Source of the DNA: Macrostomum lignano
Lineage: Eukaryota
Direction of reading: 5' to 3'
Length of the DNA stretch: 28,097 nucleotides
Assembly: GCA_002269645.1 (NCBI GenBank)
Contig: NIVC01005038.1
Location: 1-28,097 of the forward strand
Positions 8,601 through 28,097 of this stretch are shown in pieces. The notes under the pieces are model-generated. The model saw only the letters and a program-made list of their open reading frames with translations, ran no database searches and was not told the DNA's origin. Positions within the stretch are counted from its first letter, which is position 1. Every line of letters begins with the position of its first letter. Made by a program: the position numbers and the translations under genes.

Positions 8601-10653
8601 AAAGATCGAAGAAAAAATATGCCTGACTCGTTAAAATTGTATGAAACTGCCTCATTGTATTTCCATCGCACCTCGGATTCAGACAGGCGCAAGCAGCCCA
8701 TTCAGCTAACCGCAGCCAAACTCCGCTTAACCTTTAAAATTTCAAGAAGCATATTCTACATTCTACTACTCGTATCTGCGTCGTATAAATAAAATAAATG
8801 AAATGTTCGTAGAAAGTTTATAAGCACCTTGGCGTAACGCCTTCAACGACATCAACCAGGGATGAGGCGATTCTGCCCATTCCGATGACTCCTGAGCACA
8901 TACGAGCTCGCCAATACTGTACGCAGGCACGAACTCATACACAAGCTCACATAGGGTGTACAGCGGCCCTGAATTTCTAATCTTTAGTCATGTACACTCT
9001 CTGTGCCTTGGTGGTTGACCCTCACGAGTTTGAATCGCAAGACCTCCCAGGCCAATCACTATTTGTTCACAAGCCCCAAACTAATGTGACCGCCCACGGA
9101 ATCGAACCAGGGGTCGTGACGCAAGAGTTGGACGCGTTTACCGCTGATCTGCTCTGCCCCCATATCTATATACATGTATATGCATGAGAAACCGAATTTA
9201 ATCTATGCAGAAAAAACCTGTACAAATTGCAGTGTCAAGTCCCAGCGTGCCAGAGGCTGGAACCATACTGAAGCCTGCGGTGGATCACGTCAAAGCTTAT
9301 CCCTGCTGTTCCTATCCACCCATCTGGCTGCTCCAGACCAGTCACGTGTCGCAAATACGACCTAGCGTGCTGCAAGCTCTCCGAGACGAAGTACAGTTGG
9401 CTTGGTGCCACGTGGTCGCGGCAGCTCCTCCCGAGTTGACGGGCGACCGGATGCGGGTCAGTACGAATCTGTTGGAACGCAGGCTGATGCAGAGCCTAAC
9501 GAGTCTGCAGGGCCAGGTCTTTGTCGTTTTGAAATATCTGATTAAAAAAGTCATTGGACGACGCGTCAAGGGATTAAAGAGCTACCACGCCAAGAACCTG
9601 CTGTTCTACATGCTGGACAAGACGCCCGAGGAAGAGTGGCAGAGGCCGGAGAACCTCATCAGCCTTGTTGAGGAGTCGCTATCGATTTTAGTCAGACAGC
9701 TCCACGAACCATCGGCAAGTTCGATGGAGTGCATGCGCCACTTCTTCCTTCAGGACGCGGCGATCTATTTGCACAAAGGTCACGACGAAAAGTCTACCAT
9801 AGCTCGGGAAGTCCGCTTAGTGATCGAGAACTTGCCGAGTCTGCTAGAGGAGTTCGAGCTCGGTTTAATCCCAACTGAGCTTGGCAGTATCGAGTTTCAT
9901 CCATTTCTGTTTCTTCCCGAAGTTCAGATGCCCAAAAAGCAGGAAATTCCTGCTGCTGGTAAAATAAAGTTCTACCAAATTGACGATCTAGTTTACAGGG
10001 CATTGGTTCAACTGTTTGCTGAGTTCGATAAGAGAACTCAACTCGCCCAGTTAATGAGCAGCATCGATAGAATTCCTGACAGCGCGAAGACAACCAGAGA
10101 GTGCTTGAAGGCTCTGGCCAGTCTCAAAGTTGGCAACCGTTTGGACGCTTCTCAGTTGACCAGCACAGTCAGCAGAAAAGTTGCTGGCCACTTGAAAGCA
10201 GAATCTGAAGAAGTATCTCCGGCATCTGTCGAAGAGGCTGAACAGTTCGTCTGGAAGCAGATGAAGCGGACTGACTCCGCGTGGAAGTTCAGCTTCAGCT
10301 TCAAGCAAACCGATGTCAATCCGGTGTTCAACTTCCTGCCAAACCACATCCGGGAAGCGTTTCCATCTCGCCTGGTTAACTACGACGATTGCTACTACAT
10401 GAACTTCGACGCATTGATGAAGGCTATTCAGCTGGAGTATTCAAACCGCTGGAATGCCGCGGATCTGTTTGCCAGCGCTGCGGATGGCGATTCAGATCCT
10501 CAGGAGCTGCTGATGCTGCTGCATTACTACCGACCTGGACAGGATGATCAACTGCTGGTGCAGGCTGTGCACAGGAATCGAGACTTGATCACCGAGTCCA
10601 TGCTGAATTCAACTGTTGTAAACTTCATTGAAGCCAGGGTGAGCTCAAACTGA
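5684..10653 (+). CDS. Ankyrin-repeat / Mab-21 (cGAS-like receptor, cGLR-type) nucleotidyltransferase fusion protein, about 1132 aa, 3 coding exons
   Basis: Exons are 5684-7311 (donor CG|GTGAGT, phase 2), 7828-8177 (acceptor TCTCCAG|A, donor G|GTAGGT, phase 1) and 9233-10653 (acceptor TTGCAG|TG, stop TGA). The phases join without stops. Exon 1 has 13 ankyrin repeats (GWTPL..GMSPL). Exon 2 has VVGSYADGWG...GSDID. Exon 3 has VDHVKAYPC and the Mab-21 C-lobe motifs RVSTNLLERRL, VLKYL, LKSYHAKNLLF, EEW..ENL, HFF. The start could instead be further upstream (ORF is open from 5327). Confidence 0.85.
7344..7708 (+). mobile_element. tRNA-derived SINE-like element, copy 1 (intron 1 of the ANK-cGLR gene)
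   Basis: Aligns by eye with the reverse complement of 8824-9161: CGGTAAACGCGTCC; degenerate B box GGTTTGATCCC; GCTGTACACCCTxTGTGAGCxTGTGTATGAGTxCGTGCCTGCGTACAGTAT; GTGCTCAGGA; GGCGTTxCGCCAxGGTG. Confidence 0.75.
8824..9161 (-). mobile_element. tRNA-derived SINE-like element, copy 2 (intron 2 of the ANK-cGLR gene)
   Basis: The minus strand starts GGGGCAGAGCAGATCAGCGGTAAA (A-box-like) and has a perfect Pol III B box GGTTCGATTCC (9108-9098). The body is homologous to 7344-7708. Confidence 0.8.
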
Positions 10654-10744
10654 TTCTCAGATAGGAGACACTCGAGGGGGTTAATTGTCAAGGTTGTGCT
10701 TCTCAAAATTTGGTAATCACCAGGCAGAAGATTTTCAACCCAGT

Positions 10745-10910
10745 AACAGTTTGGTGCCATCCGTCGCCACTAGTTGGGCGCCATCCGTCGCCACTTGTTG
10801 GGCGCCACCCGTCACCATTTTTTTGGCGCCACGCGTCAGCAATAGTTGGGCACCACGCGTAACCACTAGTTGGGCGCCACCCGTCACCACTAGTTGGGCG
10901 CCACCGTCAC
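10745..10910. repeat. 24-bp minisatellite (GCGCCACCCGTCACCACTAGTTGG-like), about 7 diverged copies
   Basis: Direct reading downstream of the cGLR stop codon. Confidence 0.9.
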
Positions 10911-11589
10911 AAAATTATAAAATCACATGTATCGCATCCTTGACACGGCAACCCTTGTACGGATTTCAGCCGCAGCTTCACGCGCTGTCGATCAGATCAG
11001 CAATGGATTCGCTGGCCAAGCATCTCCGGGATTCACCTCCAATGCCCAGCACAATTCAAGGGCAGGAGGAGTTCAAACAGCCATGCCGTAGTGCTAAACG
11101 AAAACGAAGTGCAAAATATTACCAGGAATTGAAACACGTCAAATTAACAAAGAGATCGAAGTGAAGTACATTTTGCATCTATTCGTTGGTATTTTCAATA
11201 AGCACAGTAGAATTTCATTTCAAATGTCCGCATCATACTACTGATGTCCTTAATAAATATAAGAAATGACACGTATGCTTTTCCTCATGGTAGCATACCA
11301 TGTATTTCGCGTGTCTTGGACACCTGAAGGTCAACCGCGAAGGCACAGAGAGTGTAGAGTGAATGGTCTATTCAACAGTTAAAGCCAAGCAAGGAGAACG
11401 TGAATTTCAAGAGCGTATGAAAAATCGATTTTGCTGTATATTTTTGAGTTTATAAGCGGTAACTAAAAGTATCCGCTATTCAAATATTCTCCGTAAATTC
11501 TACGTGAAAGCTTTAGTGGAGGCATTGAAACTTTTAGCTTTCGGGTCAATAGCTTCTGCCGCTTTTAAATAGTTCAGCAAAGCACTCGC

Positions 11590-12482
11590 GTGAACTCACC
11601 CATGAACTCACCCATGAACTCGAACTCACCCATGAACTCACCCATGAACTCACCCATGAACTCACCCATGAACTCACCCCTGCACTCACTCATGAACTCA
11701 CCCATGAACTCACCCATGAACTCACCCATGAACTCACCCATGAACTCACCCATGAACTCACTCATGAACTCACTCATGAACTCACCCATGAACTCACTCA
11801 TGAACTCACCCTGCACTCACTCATGAACTCACCCATGAACTCACTCATGAACTCACCCATGAACTCACCCATGAACTTACCCATGAACTCACTCATGAAC
11901 TCACTCATGAACTCACCCATGAACTCACTCATGAACTCACCCATGAACTCACTCATGAACTCACCCATGAACTCACTCATGAACTCACCCATGAACTCAC
12001 CCATGAACTTACCCATGAACTCACCCATGAACTCACTCATGAACTCACTCATGAACTCACCCATGAACTCACCCATGAACTTACCCCTGACTCACCATGA
12101 ACTCACGCATGAACTCACTCATGAACTCACCCATGAACTCACTCATGAACTCACCCATGAACTCACCCATGAACTCACCCATGAACTTACCCATGAACTC
12201 ACCCATGAACTCACTCATGAACTCACTCATGAACTCACCCATGAACTCACCCATGAACTTACCCATGAACTCACTCATGAACTCACTCACAAACTACCCT
12301 TGAACTCACCCATGAACTCACCCATGAACTTACCCATGAACTCACTCATGAACTCACTCATGAACTCACCCATGAACTCACCCATGAACTTACCCATGAA
12401 CTCACTCATGAACTCACTCACAAACTACCCTTGAACTCACACATAACCTCACTCATGAACTCACCCGTAAACTCACTCATGA
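11590..12482. repeat. 12-bp minisatellite (ATGAACTCACCC / ATGAACTCACTC)
   Basis: Direct reading; it produces the artefactual MNSP, HELT and EFMG ORFs. Confidence 0.98.
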
Positions 12483-12996
12483 GCTCAAAACTTGCTCACT
12501 AATGACTTCCAATATTATGAACTAGAACCCAACATTAGTTTGTCTATTTAGTAGCAAAAGAATTACACTCTACATTATGTATATTATTACGTTTTCATTT
12601 TGTTTACAGTAGACTCCAGAACTAGGCAGAAAATCCGGCAGTCTGTTATGCGAGCGTAAGGAAAGTTTCTCTAATTTTCGCAACAATCTAATCTAAGAAG
12701 CAAAGCAACACATCAAAGTTATTGTTCGCAGCAGAATTAAGAAAAAAAAATTGGAAAACCCCAAATTCAACAGTTTTAAATTCCAAGCAGAAGATTCCTA
12801 GAAAAATTCAATCGATACAGCTTCCGGAAAAATAGTTTGAACGAAAGCAAATTAAACGAGAAGATCAGATTGTTGAGCAGTAAAACAAAAATTTAGAAAG
12901 AGAAAACGGCGAAAAAGCGAAGCAATCCAATTTCATTTTCAGACTTGTTCTTTAACTTGTTCTCTTCCCGTCAACTGAGGTCATCCGGCAGCGGCG

Positions 12997-14944
12997 TCAA
13001 TTAGCTGTCAACGACCTGACGTAGTTTCCGTAGGTTGGATAGGAGTGCTGACACACTGGCAGGTTGCGCGTAGTTTCGCCGTAGGTGTGACCGAAGTTGA
13101 ACCTGCGCCTTGGCACGTAGCCAGTGTAGGCCGGCTTCATGCCCTCCTGCTGGTACACCCGGTTGCCGTCGAGGGCGACCGGCTCGCGGCCGCACGCCGG
13201 CCTGGCTGTTGCAACCCTGGCGCTACCGGATTTGGTCTCCGAATTGAACATCTCCAAGCCGTTGCGCGTCATCTCGTGATAGCGGCAGCCCAGGCCGGCT
13301 TGGGTTGTGTACACTCGGGGAACGTAGCCCTGTAAGGTTTAGGCATCGACAGTAAAACTATAAGATGTTTTTATAGTGCTAAAAATTTGAAAAGTCCCTT
13401 CATATTGGGGCGACTCTGTAAACACAGGGCCGGGGTGTCTTTGGTGAACACTTAGTTATCCCTTTGGAAATTGGTGTCTTAATGAAGATTGATGCGTCTG
13501 TGAAGATTGCGGTGGGTAGATTATGGAAGATTTGGTGAAGTTTCTCTGGTAAAGTTTGGGTGTCTCTATAAAAACTGGTGTGCTTCTGGTGAAGATTGAG
13601 TGTCTCTGGTGAAGATTAGGATGTCTGGTGAAGATTAGGATGTCTGGGTGAAGATTGGGACGTCTCTGGTGAAGATCAAGTGTCTCTGGTGAAGATTGGG
13701 ATGTCTGGTGAAGATTGGGATGTCTCTGATAAAGATCAGGTGTCTCTGGTGAAGATTGGGTTGTCTCTGGTGAGGATTGGGTTGTCTCTGGTGTGAAGAT
13801 TGGGTTGTCTCTGGTGAAGATTGGGATGTCTCTGGTAAAGAGCAGGTGTCTCTGGTGAAGATTGGGTGTCTCTGGTGAGGATTGGGTTGTCTCTGGTGTG
13901 AAGATTGGGTTGTCTCTGGTGAAGATTGGGATGTCTCTGGTAAAGAGCAGGTGTCTCTGGTGAAGATTGGGTGTCTCTGGTAAGGATTGGGTTGTCTCTG
14001 GTGTGAAGATTGGGTTGTCTCTGGTGAAGATTGGGATGTCTCTGGTAAATATCAGGTGTCTCTGGTGAAGATTGGGTGTCTCTGGTGAGGATTGGGTTGT
14101 CTCTGGTGTGAAGATGGGATTGTCTCTGGTGAAGACTGAGTGTCACTGTAAAGATTTTAATTGGTGTCTGTAAGAATACTGATCGAGATGCCTCTTTTAA
14201 CGTTTGGATTTCCACTGAAGAGATTGCGAATCGCTGTAGAGAGATAAGTGTATCTACGTAGATAATTATGTCTCAACAGACATAAATCTGAGTAAACAGG
14301 AATCGAATCATTACTCGCAAAGCATCACAGCAAGTGTCCGTAGTCAGTTTCACCTGGTATCCTGGAATTGGCGGCTCCAGATTCTGCCGTTTTCCATCGG
14401 CCCTGGGCTTCCTATCGGCCCAGAAGTTCAGGTGGTCCCTGACCGCCGGATCGCCTCGCAGCGACGCCAGCTGAGGAAAAGCGGTTGAGGCGCGCTTCAA
14501 ATCGGTCGCTTTGTCCTCCCGGTGCTCGTAGTTGCGCACGAACTCGTCCACGGACTCGTCGCACAGATTGCGATAGGTGCCCCCGAATCGATTGATCAGA
14601 GTTGGCACGTAGCCAGTGTAGCCGGGCAGCATGCCGTCGATGTACTTGTTGTCGCCAGTCGACTTGGGCAGCCGAAGTCCCTGAGCTTCGGCTACTCCGG
14701 CTTGCTGGCAGGCGGCGGAGGCGCCGCCTTTGCGAGCGTCCAGAGCGGCCCCGATGTCGACCATGCGCTTGTGAGGAAACGATTTGGACAGCTCGGCGGT
14801 CTGCTCGCCGTAGGTCTTGCCGGAGTTGAACTTCAACTGGGGATTGAAGCCAGCGTAGCCTGGGATGTGGGAGCCAGGGCGGAGATTGACGAAGGCCCTG
14901 CGCTGCTCGATGGTTGGACCGCCACCGTACTGCACCGTGGTCAT
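12997..14944 (-). CDS. Ciliary/sperm microtubule inner protein, SPMIP5(C10orf82)/FAM166(CIMIP2)-like, about 307 aa, 2 coding exons
   Basis: Exon 14944-14354 (ATG ACC ACG; donor CAG|GTGAAA, phase 0) joins exon 13329-12997 (acceptor TTACAG|GGC; stop TGA). Repeated PGY-x-G-[FY]-x-P motifs: IPGYAGFNP, LPGYTGYVP, EPPIPGYQ|GYVPR, PAYTGYVPR, each followed by F/LG-x-[TR]Y. The segment EPPIPGYQGYVPR...GLGCRYHEMTRN resembles C10orf82 as recalled from memory. Confidence 0.82.
13565..14150. repeat. About 21-bp minisatellite (TCTCTGGTGAAGATTGGG..) with a 105-bp higher-order repeat, inside the ciliary-gene intron
   Basis: The marker GTGTGAAGAT recurs at 13791, 13896, 14001 and 14106 (exact 105-bp spacing). 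Confidence 0.93.
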
Positions 14945-15195
14945 GCTGGACTGGCTTAAGCTTCTCTGGCAGCTGGCTATTGACGAAGAAAACAAACGCT
15001 TCTTCGGAAAAAAACTATGCCGTTAATTAACTTTCAACGGTCTTCTGTGTTTTATCCTAACAAATTGAACCGGTGCAAAGCCCGGCATTTCGGTGAGTTT
15101 AAAATGCGACACACCAACCCCCCCCCCTCATCTTCAACAGGCGGCGGGCTAGAGGGCAAGGGGGGACACAGGCCGCTTCCAAGACGAAGGTTCCG

Positions 15196-15210
15196 GTCGC
15201 TAGGGGCAAC
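15196..15210. promoter_or_regulatory. Candidate RFX X-box upstream of the ciliary gene
   Basis: GTCGCT-AGG-GGCAAC fits the X-box consensus GTNRC(C/T)-N0-3-RGYAAC and lies about 250 bp upstream of the ATG at 14944. Confidence 0.5.
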
Positions 15211-16934
15211 CAACAGAGTAGAACGGTACGGCTTTTTTCGCGTTCAGAAGCTTTTGGCGTCGGTGTAGAGGGTTGAGTTTGGCTAAAACTGGTTGGTTTA
15301 TTGGGGACTGGCTGGGCCTCGTTCTGTACTCCTCCGCCTCCTCCGCCTCCTCTCCATCTTTTGCCGTCGTCTCGGGTTTTAAGAAACTGAGAAGCTGGCA
15401 GACATATTGACTTGCTCAGTAAGAGACTAGGCAGAAACGGGCTCTGGGGTACGGGAGGCTGAAATGGTAGAGCAATGGAGGGCTGAGACAGACAGACAGA
15501 CAGAAAGAAATACGATCGACCTTGTGGGGTGGTGGTTTAGGCAGTTTAGCTTCTTAAAAATGTTTTCTCTAATAGCTCTCTATCTTCTCTATTTATCTCT
15601 CATCTACGCTCCCTCATTTGTGCAGGTGCAATTTCTACCTTCAAAAAACCATCTCAGTCGCTTAAAACACCGTTGCTCTAGGCACTATAGGACTATAGTT
15701 AATTGCATATCTCTTCGATATAGAGACCTAATGACAAGTGTGCTGGCAGAGGGTGTGTGTGTGTGTACACATTTAATAGAGATAGCTCGCACTGCTTGAC
15801 GTACTCCTCCAGTGTTCTCGCTTTTCTCACGCAGAATCTGCACCGGTGGTGGCCTCCCTCTATCATCTATAGTTTTAAAGCAAGTTATAAGATTGAAGAT
15901 TTTTGAAAAAAAAGTTTTGAATTTTGATATAAAAGATCTGTCTGTGTGTTATGTATTAATGAAAATATGCTTTCTTTACTGGTAGTGCACGCCAAAAAGT
16001 GATATCTATAGGAAAATGGTAGTTGGGAAATTGATAAAATGCTATTAGGGGGGGATAGATACTGCTGATAATTAGCATAATTTCTATTATTTTACTAATA
16101 TTAGCTTTGTTAAGCTACTTCAAGTAGAGAAGTATGTAGCATTCCTGCGATCATAACCGTAAAATACTATTTTAACACTCACTTAAGTAAAACAAAAATG
16201 TATTTGCGTTGAATTTGCAAGTTTGATAGAAAAGTCTGGCAATGAAGCGATAAAAAACGATAGAAATATTTCCATTCTCGTTTAATGCACTTCCAAAGCG
16301 AACTGGGCCGTTTTTCGAATAAATTATTCTCATAAATCTAAAGTTTTAGCTCTAGTCTTAAGCCGATATTGTCGTTTAAAGAAAGCATTTGATCATCTTG
16401 AACCACTGTCACCATTTCTAAAACTATTCTTGATCTCGAAGTAAGAGAGTTGAAAAAACATTTCTAAGAAAGCAACCGTCCAGTCATTTTTTGGTACATC
16501 TGGTTGTCCTTGGAAAGCTGTCTTGCAATAGTTCCATGCATAAACATAAGGTGGAATAACTAACGCAGAGTCAAATCGGAAGATAGCCAAGAAGCAGCGG
16601 AGCAGAAATTCAATTTACAATTTCATGGTAATGTCACAAAGAATTCGGGTAAAAGGCAGCATTTTAAATGACTTCTATAGGTTTAAACGAATACGCGTTT
16701 AATTAGCTAAACTAGAATGCTGCAGAATTTCGCCGTCTGTTTTCCGCCACTGATAATTGGCGCTCGTCGCGTAGCGTCCGGAGTTCGACTCCTACTGCGA
16801 ACGGCGTGCCGCTTGGCAACTGAGAAAAATGGGCATAGAGGTTCGAGCATTAGTGCCATGAAACAACAAGTGGTAGAGTGTCCAAGGATCTTTCTCTGTA
16901 CGCTCGTATAAATAGTATTTTTGCTGATTTAGGT

Positions 16935-17248
16935 AGGTCACTGAAGAGCAGGAAGGATATTCGAAGGTAACTGAAGAGCAGAAAGGATATTGGAAGGTCA
17001 CTGAAGAGCAGGAAGGATATTGAAAGGTTACTAAAGAGCAGGAAGGATATTGGAAGGTCAGTTAAGAGCAGGAAGGATATTGGAAGGTCACTGAAGAGCA
17101 GGAAGGATATTGGAAAGTCACTGAAGATCAGGAAGGATTTGGGTAGGTTACTGAAGATCAGGAAGGATTTGGGTAGGTCACTGAAGATCAGGAAGGATTT
17201 GGGTAGGTTACTAAAGATCAGGAAGGATTTGGGTAGATCACTGAAGCT
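16935..17248. repeat. 30-bp minisatellite (GAAGGTCACTGAAGAGCAGGAAGGATATTG), about 10 copies
   Basis: Direct reading; the 3' copies drift to a GATCAGGAAGGATTTGGGT variant. Confidence 0.95.
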
Positions 17249-17317
17249 ATTAGACTGATGTTCTCATGGACTGAGTCCTAAGTTGCCAGCTAAAACAGCC
17301 ATCTGTCTACGTGGACT

Positions 17318-27085
<9,768 letters not shown>

Positions 27086-27711
27086 CTGCAATGGTGAAGT
27101 TGTTTTCGGGGTTGAAGATTGGGCTTCGGGAACATGAGATTCTGGAGTGATAAACCTTAGATGCATTATTCTAAATATAGTGAGGCTGCAGGCCTCTCAT
27201 GTTCAAGGAAATTTCTATAGAGAAAGTCGTCAGCTATGGGTTCTCAAAATCAAAATGCAAGTGTCCATGACGTTGCTTTATGTCTCCGATGAGGGAATAT
27301 TTTATACACCAATTTTATTTGCATGAGTTGTTGCTCATTCTTGGCTATCCATGGAAAATTTTTCCAATGTATGAGTTTCTTCAGCTGTTGGATTATTTTT
27401 GTTTAAATAATTGATTGGACCTTGGTCGCACAAGCTCTGGCCAAGAGGCACGAAGTGCGGTTTTACGATCATGAGAATAAAGGTACAATATGAGAAAAGT
27501 TCTAAAGTTTCTAAAAATTCTAAGCAGCTCTAATTCTAGAAGCTTGGCTGCCCGTTTAAAACTGCTTTTTCTGTAACTTGACACTTGTGGCTAAGCAGTA
27601 GAGATTGCTTTTTTATGAAAATAACCTTTCATATTTGCCAGGAAATAGCTAAAATCGGAATGGGAGCAGTTTTAGCGTGACTTTGGGCTATTAGGTTAGT
27701 GCTGGAGGGGT

Positions 27712-28097
27712 TTTGCTGTGGGGGTTGGTGCTGTGGGGGTTGGTGCTGTGGGGGTTGGTGCTGTGGGGGTTGGTGCTGTGGGGCTTGGTGCTGTGGGAGT
27801 TGATGCTGTGGGGGTTGATGCTGTGGGGGCTGGTGCTGTAGGGGGTTGGTGCTGTGGGGGTTGATGCTGTAGGGGGTTGGTGCTAGGGGGTTGATGCTGT
27901 AGGGTTGGTGCTGTAGGGGCGTTTGGTGCTGTAGGGGGGTTGATGCTGTAGGGGCTGGTGCTGTAGGGGTTGGTGCTGTAGGGGTTGATGCTGTAGGGGG
28001 GTGTGATGTAGGGGGTTGGTGCTGTAAGGGGTTGGTGCTGTGGGATTTGATGCTGTGTGGGGGCTGGTGCTGTGGGGTTGATGCTGTGGGGGTTGGT
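27712..28097. repeat. G-rich 15-16-bp minisatellite (GGTGCTGTGGGGGTT), runs off the window end
   Basis: Direct reading. Confidence 0.96.

Noticed and set aside
9061-9161. Functional tRNA gene on the minus strand
   Set aside because: It has A/B-box-like motifs but I could not build a full cloverleaf, and it is followed by a body shared with another copy, so it is better explained as a SINE head.
10685-11164. 159-aa ORF downstream of the cGLR gene with a basic C-terminus
   Set aside because: Half of it is the 24-bp repeat and the rest has no recognisable motif; there is no support for expression.
11574-12434. MNSP, HELT and EFMG repeat ORFs
   Set aside because: Artefacts of a 12-bp minisatellite open in several frames on both strands.
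16393-16590. 65-aa minus-strand ORF as a separate gene or myosin exon
   Set aside because: No recognisable homology and no phase-consistent splice partner identified.
16760-16800. tRNA-like T-arm (GGAGTTCGACCTCC)
   Set aside because: Isolated hairpin with no A box or acceptor stem.
27170-27600. Upstream myosin exons (e.g. LKKLIHW... near 27380-27310)
   Set aside because: The similarity to the expected N-terminal motor segment is too weak and the splice sites are ambiguous, so it is left unresolved.

Overview
Eukaryotic (metazoan) genomic DNA with GT-AG introns and very dense tandem repeats. The gene content and repeat landscape suggest an invertebrate, plausibly a free-living flatworm such as Macrostomum; this is inference and not provable from the window. 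In order: (1) a Penelope-like retroelement (RT + GIY-YIG, frameshifted) inserted inside a (CTAT)n microsatellite; (2) a 3-exon plus-strand gene fusing about 13 ankyrin repeats to a Mab-21/cGAS-like nucleotidyltransferase (cGLR-type) plus an unrecognised C-terminal domain, whose catalytic exon is flanked by two oppositely oriented copies of a tRNA-derived SINE; (3) a 2-exon minus-strand ciliary microtubule-inner-protein gene (SPMIP5/C10orf82-FAM166-like) with an upstream RFX X-box; (4) at least 12 exons of a minus-strand Dachs-like unconventional myosin with degenerate nucleotide-binding motifs, most of whose introns carry a different minisatellite. Most long ORFs in the ORF track that lie over repeats are artefacts. 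All family assignments come from motif recognition and remembered reference sequences; no database search was run.
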